32,000 bases of DNA. It comes from Pseudoalteromonas translucida KMM 520 (lineage in GTDB: Bacteria; Pseudomonadota; Gammaproteobacteria; Enterobacterales; Alteromonadaceae). This document shows, one piece after another, positions 18,267 through 26,278 of the stretch. Within the stretch, counting starts at the first letter, position 1. Each line of letters opens with the position of its first letter. Made by a program: the position numbers and the translations under genes. The notes beneath the pieces are model-generated. The model saw only the letters and a program-made list of their open reading frames with translations, was not told where the DNA came from and made no database searches. The DNA lies in the NCBI RefSeq assembly GCF_001465295.1, contig NZ_CP011034.1, positions 1,230,001-1,262,000 of the forward strand, given 5' to 3'.

Positions 18267-21200
18267 TCATTTTTCGGTTAACTTTTTAAGTAAACTTGCT
18301 AATTTAACTTGCGCGTTATCAAAGTCGAATTCATCAAAGGCACTGGCTATTTCATCTATATCTACTTGTACTGATGTTACGCATTTACGTTGTAACTGAT
18401 CGAGAAGATCATCATTAAGTTCGGCATTTTGTGCATCAGCATAGAGTTCTTGGCAAATTTCTATCAGCTCAGATATTGATAACGGCTCAGCATTGTCGAT
18501 AAGTTTGGCAGGCTCTTTACATATAGTGCTTGCTAATAATTGGCCGATAAGCGCCAATTCAGTTTTTATATCTGCCAAAGCGCTGGTTAGCGCAGCTTCA
18601 TCGTCTGCGTTCTCTAAGCGCGTTAACAGTGCCATTAAGGTTAATAATCCTAAATTACCAGCCACACCTTTTAAAGTATGAATAAGCGTATAAACACTTT
18701 TAATATCGCTTAGTTGTAGGTTAAATAAGCTTACAAATTGCTTTTCGTTGGTATTAACAAATTTAGTAATTTCGGTAAGCTGTTTACATTTAGAGCCCCA
18801 CAAAGCTAACCCTTTTTCAAAATCTATGTGCTTGGCATCGGGGTCGGTTTGCGCAATTAATGTTTCTTTGGCTAAGCCAAGCCCAAGCACCAGTGCTATT
18901 TCTTGATTAAGTTGGTTTATATCAACCGGCTTATTAGCAAACCCATTCATGCCTGCATTTTTAGCGGTTAGTTTATCTTGCTGTAATACGCTGGCTGTTA
19001 AGGCAATAATAGGCGTAAATTTTATTTGTTTTAGCTGCTCCAATTCACGAATTTTAATGGTGGCTTCAATACCGTCACATTCAGGCATATGAATGTCCAT
19101 TAAAATGACATCAAAGTCTTGCTGATTAAACGCCTCAATTGCTTTTAAGCCGTTACTTGCAGTGGTTACAGTGTGTTGATCTCGCGAAAGTAATATAGAA
19201 AGTAGCTCTGTATTTTGTTCTATATCATCAACCACTAATATTCTAAGCGGAGGCAATTGGGTATGTAGGCCTTCAAAATAATCTATTTTATTTTCATCAC
19301 CAACAGTAAAAGGTAATGAAAAGTAAAAGCAGCTGCCTTTATCAACTTCACTCACTAAATCAATTGAGCCATGCATAAGCTCTACTAATTGTTTACTTAT
19401 TGTTGTACCTAAACCTGTGCCACCAAATCGACGTGTGGTCGTGCCATCGGCTTGCACAAAAGGCTGAAAAACCGCTTTAATACGATCTTTAGCAATACCA
19501 ATGCCTGTATCTTGTACTTCAAAAAATAGGTGATTATTTTGTGTGGTACTTACGGTAACAGTAACAGCGCCTTGCTCGGTAAATTTAATGGCGTTACCAA
19601 TAAGGTTTGTAAGTATTTGCCTAAGGCGGTCGGGATCACCGTAGTATGCGGTGCTAACTGATTTATTAATATTAAGCGTTAAATTAAGGTTTTTCTTTTT
19701 AGCTTCTAACCAAAATGTGGAAATAATACTGTCGATAACGGGCTTTAAATTAAAATGCACAGGCTCAATGGTTAGTTTTCCACGTTCTAACTTTGCAGAG
19801 TCGAGAATCTCATTAAGCAGGCGTAGCAAAGAGCGTGCTGCACTATTAACCGTAACAAGGTGCTTTTGCTGCTCTTTACTTAGCGGTGTATCCATTAGCA
19901 GATCGCTAAAGCCAATAATTGCATTCATAGGGGTGCGTATTTCATGGCTCATATTTGCCATAAAAGATTGTTTAGCATTGGCAGCTTCTTCTGCTTGCAG
20001 TTTAGCGTGCTCTAATTTTGCTTCATACTCTTTGCGCTCAGTAATATCAACAAGTACACCATCAATCCACTGTGCAACATCGGTATTATTAAAGTCAAAA
20101 CTACCTTTCTCTAATACCCATACAGTTGCGCCGTTGCGATGGCGAATTCTATATTCAACAGAGTATTGACGCTTTTCAGTAACGGCATTAGTGAGCGTGG
20201 TAATAATCTTTTGTTGGTCAGACTTTAAAATCAGGTCTGTAAACTCAATGTGTTGCTCAATAAATTCATCCGGTGTATAGCCAGTTAAATCCAATATACT
20301 TGGGCTAACAAATAGCATGGTCCAGTTAGTATCAAATTTACATCTAAAGGCAACGCCTGGCATATTTTGCATTAATGAGCGATATTTTTGCTCATTTTCA
20401 ACGACCGTTTTTTGTAGTGCTCGTTGCTGCGTTAAGTCAGTAATAAAGCCAACATACAAAGGTGGTTGTCCAATCTGCGTCACTTGGCCAATACCAAGGC
20501 GCACAGGGATCAAATGGTTATCTTTATGTTTAGCAAAAGTATCGCGGTTTATGCCTATAATAGCGCTTAAATCAAGAGTCATATCGCCAGATGATGACGC
20601 ATTGTTTAGGGCGTTATTATCATTTAAAAGAATCTGTACACTTTTACCTTGTAACTCATGTTCTTGCCAACCTAAAATCTTACTCGCTGCATCATTAAAG
20701 CTTAAAATAATACCTTGATGATCAATAGTCACAATGCCATCTATTGCTGTTTCTAATATGGCGTTTAACCGCGACTCGTCGGCTGACTTTTCTTCAAGTA
20801 GCAGTTTATAGCGTACCATGCCATTAATCACAGCAACCACGCTGGTTATTGCAACAGTTGCAGTGGCAACCGCAATTGCAACAAATGTAAGCCCTGCAGA
20901 CGCATTTTCGTCTGCGTAAATAAGTGGGGAAGTTGCTACAAAACGGGTGGCTGCCATACCCATATAATGCATACCAGTAACGGCAAAGCCTAATATAACG
21001 GCGCTGGTTGAACGAATTTGTAATTGTGATAACCGAGGGAAAATTATTTCAAGATTAAAGCGGCTATATAAAGCTATAAACGATAGGGTAACGGCCACCA
21101 AAATAGACAACCCAAACATAACTGGGTCATACCGTAGCATAGGCGCAAGCTCCATCGCCGCCATACCACTGTAATGCATGGTGCCAATACCCGAGCCTAA

Positions 21201-21584
21201 TAATACCGAGCAAACAGCTAATACTTTAAAGTTACCATTGCTTTTTACCAGTATAGATACTGCATATTGGCACGCCAAAAATGCCGGTATAAAAGAGAGT
21301 AAGGTAATAGTTGGGTTATATTTAATATTAGTACACAAGGAAAAAGCCAACATACCAATAAAATGCATGCTCCAAATACCCGCAGAAAAAACAGCAGCTG
21401 CGGTTACGGTAGCTAAACGTTGATAGCTTGGAAAAGTAGTTTTTTTAGCTAAATCAATGAGTTTTGTAGTAAAAAAAGCGGCAAATATCACTATTAAAAC
21501 TGAAAGAGAAACCAAGAGAGGATCGTAAACCCCGTTTATAATTAAACTAGGATCTTGGTCAGTAATAAAGAAAGCTGATAACAT
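18267..21584 (-). CDS. hybrid sensor histidine kinase: MHYT membrane domain, 2 PAS, HisKA, HATPase, REC and HPt
   Basis: 1105 aa. Three MH(Y/F)xGM motifs sit in hydrophobic helices (WSMHFIGM, GTMHYSGM, TGMHYMGM). Two PAS-like segments follow. Also present are the H-box MSHEIRTPMNAI, the N-box NLIGNAIKFT, G-boxes DTGIGI and GGTGLG, a receiver (ILVVDD, LMDIHMPECDG, NKP) and a C-terminal HPt (IHTLKGVAGNLG). Confidence 0.9.
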   Translation of the reverse strand: MLSAFFITDQDPSLIINGVYDPLLVSLSVLIVIFAAFFTTKLIDLAKKTTFPSYQRLATVTAAAVFSAGIWSMHFIGMLAFSLCTNIKYNPTITLLSFIPAFLACQYAVSILVKSNGNFKVLAVCSVLLGSGIGTMHYSGMAAMELAPMLRYDPVMFGLSILVAVTLSFIALYSRFNLEIIFPRLSQLQIRSTSAVILGFAVTGMHYMGMAATRFVATSPLIYADENASAGLTFVAIAVATATVAITSVVAVINGMVRYKLLLEEKSADESRLNAILETAIDGIVTIDHQGIILSFNDAASKILGWQEHELQGKSVQILLNDNNALNNASSSGDMTLDLSAIIGINRDTFAKHKDNHLIPVRLGIGQVTQIGQPPLYVGFITDLTQQRALQKTVVENEQKYRSLMQNMPGVAFRCKFDTNWTMLFVSPSILDLTGYTPDEFIEQHIEFTDLILKSDQQKIITTLTNAVTEKRQYSVEYRIRHRNGATVWVLEKGSFDFNNTDVAQWIDGVLVDITERKEYEAKLEHAKLQAEEAANAKQSFMANMSHEIRTPMNAIIGFSDLLMDTPLSKEQQKHLVTVNSAARSLLRLLNEILDSAKLERGKLTIEPVHFNLKPVIDSIISTFWLEAKKKNLNLTLNINKSVSTAYYGDPDRLRQILTNLIGNAIKFTEQGAVTVTVSTTQNNHLFFEVQDTGIGIAKDRIKAVFQPFVQADGTTTRRFGGTGLGTTISKQLVELMHGSIDLVSEVDKGSCFYFSLPFTVGDENKIDYFEGLHTQLPPLRILVVDDIEQNTELLSILLSRDQHTVTTASNGLKAIEAFNQQDFDVILMDIHMPECDGIEATIKIRELEQLKQIKFTPIIALTASVLQQDKLTAKNAGMNGFANKPVDINQLNQEIALVLGLGLAKETLIAQTDPDAKHIDFEKGLALWGSKCKQLTEITKFVNTNEKQFVSLFNLQLSDIKSVYTLIHTLKGVAGNLGLLTLMALLTRLENADDEAALTSALADIKTELALIGQLLASTICKEPAKLIDNAEPLSISELIEICQELYADAQNAELNDDLLDQLQRKCVTSVQVDIDEIASAFDEFDFDNAQVKLASLLKKLTEK

Positions 21585-21746
21585 GGCGGCTCTAAATAGG
21601 CATTTTAATCGCGTAGTTTAATAGAATTAATTAATTAATAAACCGTTAATTTTATGATTGCTGATTAAGCTATAAATAAACGACGCTGCATTAACTAACC
21701 ATTAGACGAAAAGTAGCCCCTAGCTAGTATAGTGTGAGAGATTAAT

Positions 21747-22433
21747 TTGTTTGCCTACCAACTAAAAAAAAGTACCCGAAGAAAGACCGTTGCTATTAAA
21801 GTGCATAATCAAAATGTAACGGTATATGCACCCCACCATTTACAAAAACACATGCTCGATAACTGGTTATTAGAAAAAAAATCATGGGTTGAAGCGCAAC
21901 TGCAAAAACAGCTTACTTTGGTTGATACAAAACAGTATCCACTTAAGGACAAAAAAACCTGTATTTTTTCAGAAGCAATTAATTTAACGTTTCAGCAAGG
22001 TAATACCTCTACAGTGGAGCGCCAACAAGATGGCCTGCTTATTACCGTTTCTGCTCGTGTTAAGCACCAGCAGCAAAAATACCAATTACTTTTAGAGGCA
22101 TATTTAAAAGAGCAGTTAACCGCATACATTGAAATGCGACTTAATGACTTTTGTGCGCAAATGCAAGAAGCGCTGCCTAACGATTTAAATATTGCAGTTT
22201 ATAAACGCAAATGGGGGAGTTGTAATAGTAAAAGAGCGCTAACATTTAACTTATTATTGATTGGTGCACCCCATAGTATTATTGATTATGTAATAGTGCA
22301 TGAGCTGGCGCATTTACGGTATTTAAATCATAGCAAAGCATTTTGGCAGCGCGTAGCACAATTTTGTCCCGACTATAAAGCAAGTACGTTATGGCTAAAG
22401 CAACATGGTATGAGTTTACAATGGGTATTTTAA
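21747..22433 (+). CDS. YgjP-like metal-dependent hydrolase (DUF45 / M48-related, HExxH)
   Basis: 228 aa with a TTG start. It shows the N-terminal Y.LKKS.RRKT.AIKV pattern and the motifs WGSC and HELAHL..NHS..FW. Confidence 0.75.
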   Translation: MFAYQLKKSTRRKTVAIKVHNQNVTVYAPHHLQKHMLDNWLLEKKSWVEAQLQKQLTLVDTKQYPLKDKKTCIFSEAINLTFQQGNTSTVERQQDGLLITVSARVKHQQQKYQLLLEAYLKEQLTAYIEMRLNDFCAQMQEALPNDLNIAVYKRKWGSCNSKRALTFNLLLIGAPHSIIDYVIVHELAHLRYLNHSKAFWQRVAQFCPDYKASTLWLKQHGMSLQWVF

Positions 22434-22509
22434 TGTTTAACTAAGAAAAAGCACGGAGATTACTAACAAGGAATGTAGTAACTATATAAATAGAAAATAA
22501 GTAGAAAAG

Positions 22510-22603
22510 TGGTGGAGGGAGCTGGATTCGAACCAGCGAAGGCTGAGCCGTCAGATTTACAGTCTGATCCCTTTGGCCGCTTTGGCCGCTCGGGAACCCC
22601 TCC
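22510..22603 (-). tRNA. tRNA-Tyr (anticodon GTA) with a 9-nt tandem duplication in the D-loop
   Basis: The reverse complement reads GGAGGGG TT CCC GAGCGGCCAAAGCGGCCAAA GGG A TCAGA CTGTAAA TCTGA CGGCTCAGCCTTC GCTGG TTCGAAT CCAGC TCCCTCC ACCA. The acceptor, anticodon, long variable and T arms all pair. The encoded CCA is present. The length is 94 nt, against 85 nt for E. coli tRNA-Tyr, and the extra nucleotides are a second copy of GCGGCCAAA. Confidence 0.85.
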
Positions 22604-22613
22604 AAATGCAACG

Positions 22614-22648
22614 GCGCTGATAATAGCAAACATCGTATTTAAGTAAAG
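22614..22648 (-). promoter_or_regulatory. candidate tRNA-Tyr promoter
   Basis: The minus strand reads TTTACT (22647-22642), a 16-nt spacer, TATTAT (22625-22620) and a GC-rich discriminator CAGCGCC. The -10 ends 16 nt before the mature 5' end. Confidence 0.5.
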
Positions 22649-22716
22649 AAAAAAGCTAAAGAAAAATGAAATAAAGCCGATAAATAGGTATTACTTACTT
22701 CAATCGGCTAAAGTCT

Positions 22717-23244
22717 ATGCAAATCGGTGATTTGTTAATCACAGAGAGTCAGCTCAATACTCGACTCAATAAAAGTGTGCATGAAAAGCGCCGAGGAGAG
22801 TTTGCGCTTTTACTCGCTATGCTATCTCATGATGCACTCGATTTTAGCCAATTCCATTTACCAAAAACAGAAATTGAAGATTCAACTGTTGGCGAAGACA
22901 CCCTTCGTAAACAAATTGGAGCAGGTCCAAAGCAACTTTTAGCGCCAGATAAGTTTGATATGTTGATAGGGCAGTTTAACGCCTCACTATTAATGCAAGC
23001 AGGGGAACGCGCTGGAATGGGCGATATTAAATTAAATCACTGTTTAAACCCTGAACCACTGTTTATAAGAGGTGATGTAAGCCATATTCCGCTTCAGGTG
23101 CGTGATAATTGTGAATTAGCAGTGCGCAGGCGTATAAATTACACACAAACGCAACTATCTAACCCGCAACTCGATGCTGCTGCCTTTTACGAAAGCCTAA
23201 ATAATGATGCGCTACACCACCCATTGCATTTAGTAAGTGCCTAA
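22717..23244 (+). CDS. hypothetical protein
   Basis: 175-aa ORF with no transmembrane segment, signal peptide or catalytic motif that I recognise. The ribosome-binding site is weak. Coding is inferred only from ORF length and the lack of competing ORFs. Confidence 0.55.
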   Translation: MQIGDLLITESQLNTRLNKSVHEKRRGEFALLLAMLSHDALDFSQFHLPKTEIEDSTVGEDTLRKQIGAGPKQLLAPDKFDMLIGQFNASLLMQAGERAGMGDIKLNHCLNPEPLFIRGDVSHIPLQVRDNCELAVRRRINYTQTQLSNPQLDAAAFYESLNNDALHHPLHLVSA

Positions 23245-23531
23245 TTATAAAGCATACGCTGTAACTGCTTTGCTATTGCAATAACCAATCATATTAATAG
23301 GACTTGGCAAACGATTGTGCCACCACTCTAACTATTAAGTTACTTGTCTGTAATATAAAGCCGCTAACTCTCTACACTTAGCGCATTTTAGCGATACTTT
23401 ATTTTATTAATGGATTAATAATTGATTTAATATAAAAAAAGCATCCAAAAATTAAATGCAATTGCTATAATAGGCTCAAATGGTATGACATTAAATGCCG
23501 TTATCATTAAACCAAGGTAATTAGGAACGTA

Positions 23532-23834
23532 ATGAAGAAAATATTCACGCTAAATCACGAGAAAATCAAATATCCTCGTATGGTTGACGCCGCAAAGCAT
23601 GAAGTGAAAAAATATTTGAAAAGAGAGCGTAACAAAACTCTACCACTCGATGCTGATTACTGGGCGTTTGATTGTAAGTTTGGTAATACCGCTGAAGATG
23701 CACAAGTAGTGCACGTTGCAGAGCTTAGTAATCATATAAGCGAAATAGAAAAGCAAAGCTTAACTTCTTTTTATGTAGAAATTTTAGCGCGCCCAGCTCA
23801 ACGTCAACAACCAGATCTGGATGACGACGAATAA
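23532..23834 (+). CDS. small charged hypothetical protein
   Basis: 100 aa. AGGAA lies 5 nt upstream of the ATG and TATAAT at 23466-23471. The N-terminus is basic (KHEVKKYLKRERNK) and the tail acidic (DLDDDE). From memory it resembles the roughly 100-aa DUF6172-type proteins of Shewanella and Vibrio; this is unverified. Confidence 0.65.
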   Translation: MKKIFTLNHEKIKYPRMVDAAKHEVKKYLKRERNKTLPLDADYWAFDCKFGNTAEDAQVVHVAELSNHISEIEKQSLTSFYVEILARPAQRQQPDLDDDE

Positions 23835-23864
23835 GACGCTTATAAAGTAATTTGCGTAATTTTT

Positions 23865-23892
23865 AAAATGGGCCCTAGTGGCTCATTTTTTG
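23865..23892 (+). terminator. rho-independent terminator
   Basis: AAAATGGGCC-ctagt-GGCTCATTTTTT, with one mismatch in the stem. Confidence 0.65.
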
Positions 23893-23944
23893 TTTGTACG
23901 TTTATACAAATACGATTTAAACCTTGAGTATTCAAGTGCAAGCA

Positions 23945-23975
23945 GCTTATAAGCAGTGCTTATAAGCAGTGCTTA
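23945..23975. repeat. 13-bp tandem repeat GCTTATAAGCAGT (2.4 copies) built of nested palindromes
   Basis: Unit copies lie at 23945-23957 and 23958-23970, with a partial copy at 23971-23975. Positions 23945-23967 form a perfect 23-nt palindrome, GCTTATAAGCA-G-TGCTTATAAGC. Each GCTTATAAGC is itself palindromic. Confidence 0.8.
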
Positions 23976-24163
23976 CTTTCAGTATTACCCTGAAAATTAT
24001 GGCCGGTGATTTTCTAAAACAATTAACAACAACTCTGCATCGCCATTTTTATATTTGGGTGTTGATTGTAAGTTTGATTAAAAACCTCAGCTTTATTACA
24101 TTTGCATAACATAAGACTGTATTATACTGTGTTAGTTGATAATTATAGAAAACAGTAGTATTT

Positions 24164-25084
24164 ATGCCATTAAATTATGCCGATAGCGATTTAAAACTTA
24201 GCCTTAAAACCTCAAAAGTCCTCATTGTTGATGATCAGTTACTTAGCTTAATTGTACTGAAAAAAATATTATCAAAGCACTTTATTGTTAACACCGCCAA
24301 TAGCGGTGAACAAGCAGTTGAAATATGTAAATCTAATACTCCCGATATCGTACTGCTGGATATTTCAATGGATGGCATATGCGGTATAGAAACCTGTTTA
24401 AAACTTAAAACGACGACACAAACCCAAGACATTCCCGTTATATTTGTTACCTCCTTTGAAAACCAAGAAGAGGACTGCTGGGAAGCGGGTGCGGTAGACT
24501 TTATTCAAAAACCGATTAACCCAGAAACCTTATACAGAAGAGTAAGAGCGCACTTAACGATTAAGCTGCAACATGACTTATTAAGTCAAAAAGTGTTTCT
24601 TGATGACTTAACTAAAGTATTTAACCGTCGTTATTTTGATACTCATATTAATAAAATACAATTGAGTGCATTAAGAGAGAATGCAGAATATGCTTTATTA
24701 CTTATGGATATTGATTACTTTAAGCAATACAACGATATTTATGGACACGTAGAAGGCGACGTTGTTTTACACTTAATTGCTCAAACAATTGCCAACAGCC
24801 TGCAAAGGCCAAGCGATTTTGTTGCCCGATATGGCGGCGAAGAATTTGTGGTTGTGCTACCCCATACCAACGAGGAAGGCGCTCGCTGTGTTGCTGAAAA
24901 AATTAAAAATAACATATCTGGCTTAGGTGTTTTACATAAGTACTCAGAGTTTGAATTTGTCACTATAAGTATAGGTGGGGCTACATTATTGCAATCAGAC
25001 GAAGGCAACATGGATATTTTGCAACGCGCAGATAAAAAAATGTACGCAGCTAAAGCACAAGGGCGAAATACAGTGTGCTTTTAA
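24164..25084 (+). CDS. response regulator / diguanylate cyclase (REC-GGDEF)
   Basis: 306 aa. It combines a receiver (VLIVDDQ, LLDISMDG, IQKP) with a GGDEF domain. The domain has the active site GGEEF, an RxxD inhibitory site (RPSD) exactly five residues upstream, and the C-terminal KMYAAKAQGRN. Confidence 0.9.
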   Translation: MPLNYADSDLKLSLKTSKVLIVDDQLLSLIVLKKILSKHFIVNTANSGEQAVEICKSNTPDIVLLDISMDGICGIETCLKLKTTTQTQDIPVIFVTSFENQEEDCWEAGAVDFIQKPINPETLYRRVRAHLTIKLQHDLLSQKVFLDDLTKVFNRRYFDTHINKIQLSALRENAEYALLLMDIDYFKQYNDIYGHVEGDVVLHLIAQTIANSLQRPSDFVARYGGEEFVVVLPHTNEEGARCVAEKIKNNISGLGVLHKYSEFEFVTISIGGATLLQSDEGNMDILQRADKKMYAAKAQGRNTVCF

Positions 25085-25291
25085 AGCGCACTGTACCAAA
25101 ATATGCGGTAGAGCAGTTATTAACGCAGGCCTATAGGTATGTAAATTGCCAACAGCTGCTCGAAAGCAAAGTTTAATTTTAGCCATACCACAGCGCTCAA
25201 TAACAGCCAATCCTAGGCATGGCTATTAGTATTTAAGGTTCAGTTGCCTGTAATTACGTACTTTACTCACCGCACAGTTAGTTGCAGCTTG

Positions 25292-25771
25292 TTATACGCT
25301 ATGACACTTTTTATATTTTTTGCCACTTTGGCAAGGGCAGTTATCATTTCTGCTTATTTTAATATCGGCTACCGGAAATAGTGTGCCATCAAGGTAGCGC
25401 CACTGCCCACCTTGTTTAATAAACAACGATTTTTCGTGTAACTCGCAATACAAGTTTTGGTAAAAGTAATTTACTTTAAATGTTACAAATCCTTCGCTTG
25501 CATCGTGCTCAGTGTCGATAACGGTTAGCTTTATAAAGCGGCAGCTATCTGCAAAGTCTTTAATCTCTTTTACAGGGTTTTCTGCCTGTTTTTCACTTGC
25601 ATAAGTTTGATAAACATAAGTTGCATTTTTAAGTACATATGCGCTGTAGCGAGCACGCATAAGTTGCTCAGGTGTTTCAGCTATTTGTGATGCTAAATGA
25701 AGTGGTTCACAGCAGTCAGCATAATTTTGCTGGCTGCCACAAAAGCAAGGAGAAGTCGTTAATGAGGTCAT
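25292..25771 (-). CDS. ychJ: YchJ-family protein (UPF0225, two SEC-C metal-binding motifs)
   Basis: 159 aa. It has an N-terminal CFCGS..Y..CC and a C-terminal CPCQSGKKYKKCH, with an NTF2-like middle region, as in E. coli YchJ. Confidence 0.85.
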   Translation of the reverse strand: MTSLTTSPCFCGSQQNYADCCEPLHLASQIAETPEQLMRARYSAYVLKNATYVYQTYASEKQAENPVKEIKDFADSCRFIKLTVIDTEHDASEGFVTFKVNYFYQNLYCELHEKSLFIKQGGQWRYLDGTLFPVADIKISRNDNCPCQSGKKYKKCHSV

Positions 25772-25811
25772 AATATTAATATAAAGTGTTTAAAACACGA
25801 GTTTAACAAGC

Positions 25812-26246
25812 TTATTGAGTCAGTGGTATCTCAAGGTTGTGAGTATTTTTAGTAAAACAATAAAGCTTAGTATTTGTAGTGCTTAAATTTAATGATAATT
25901 GTGTCAGCTGTTGATCATTAACAATATCAGTCCAGGTAATTACCGCAGCAAAGTTTCCGTTGTGCAGCGCCGAGCTAAGTACATACTCTAAGTTTACTAA
26001 ATGTTTTTGCCTGATCACCAGTAATTTGCTGGTATCAATGGAGCATGAATCAAGTAAAGCTTTACTCGGAACATGGTCAGGTGCAATCAGCAGTGTCCAT
26101 GCATTTAAGCTATTGTATTGGTGTAATACTTTAAGCAATTCAAAGGTTGCTGAAATTTCATCTTCAATTTGAATTAAATTTACACAATCACTTTTATCGT
26201 CTTGCTGATAACTTTTAACGGTTCTTACGGTAATAGGCTGTAACAT
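25812..26246 (-). CDS. sulA: SulA-like SOS cell-division inhibitor
   Basis: WTLLIAPDHVPSKALLDSCSIDTSKLLVIRQKH..LEYVLSSALHNGNFAAVITW parallels E. coli SulA [52 protein letters not shown]. An SOS box lies immediately upstream. I prefer the ATG at 26246. The GTG at 26261 would place the start inside the LexA box with no ribosome-binding site. Confidence 0.75.
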   Translation of the reverse strand: MLQPITVRTVKSYQQDDKSDCVNLIQIEDEISATFELLKVLHQYNSLNAWTLLIAPDHVPSKALLDSCSIDTSKLLVIRQKHLVNLEYVLSSALHNGNFAAVITWTDIVNDQQLTQLSLNLSTTNTKLYCFTKNTHNLEIPLTQ

Positions 26247-26258
26247 AAATTTCTCACT

Positions 26259-26278
26259 CACTGGGTTTTTATACAGTA
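26259..26278 (-). promoter_or_regulatory. LexA (SOS) box
   Basis: The minus strand reads TACTGTATAAAAACCCAGTG. This keeps CTG-N10-CAG and matches 15 of 20 positions of the gammaproteobacterial consensus TACTGTATATATATACAGTA. It ends 12 nt upstream of the preferred sulA ATG. Confidence 0.7.

Noticed and set aside
19651-20169. 172-aa ORF on the plus strand inside the kinase gene. Similar antisense ORFs lie at 20317-20718, 21178-21423, 18493-18681, 13308-13646, 12879-13145, 26965-27543, 30252-30614 and 30696-31106.
   Set aside because: All lie entirely within, and antisense to, long genes whose products have unambiguous family motifs. Their translations are low-complexity, Ser/Leu/Cys-rich shadow frames with no ribosome-binding site.
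22441-22629. 62-aa ORF on the minus strand.
   Set aside because: It is fully explained by the tRNA-Tyr gene (22510-22603) and its flanks. The apparent peptide is a translation of tRNA sequence.
22434-24163. Genomic island integrated at tRNA-Tyr.
   Set aside because: There is no integrase or recombinase, no direct repeat of the tRNA 3' end, no mobile-element genes and no obvious composition shift.
26259-26261. GTG at 26261 as the sulA start codon (the ORF-track start).
   Set aside because: It lies inside the LexA box with no Shine-Dalgarno sequence upstream. The ATG at 26246, preceded by GAGTGAGAAA, is more plausible. Both remain possible.
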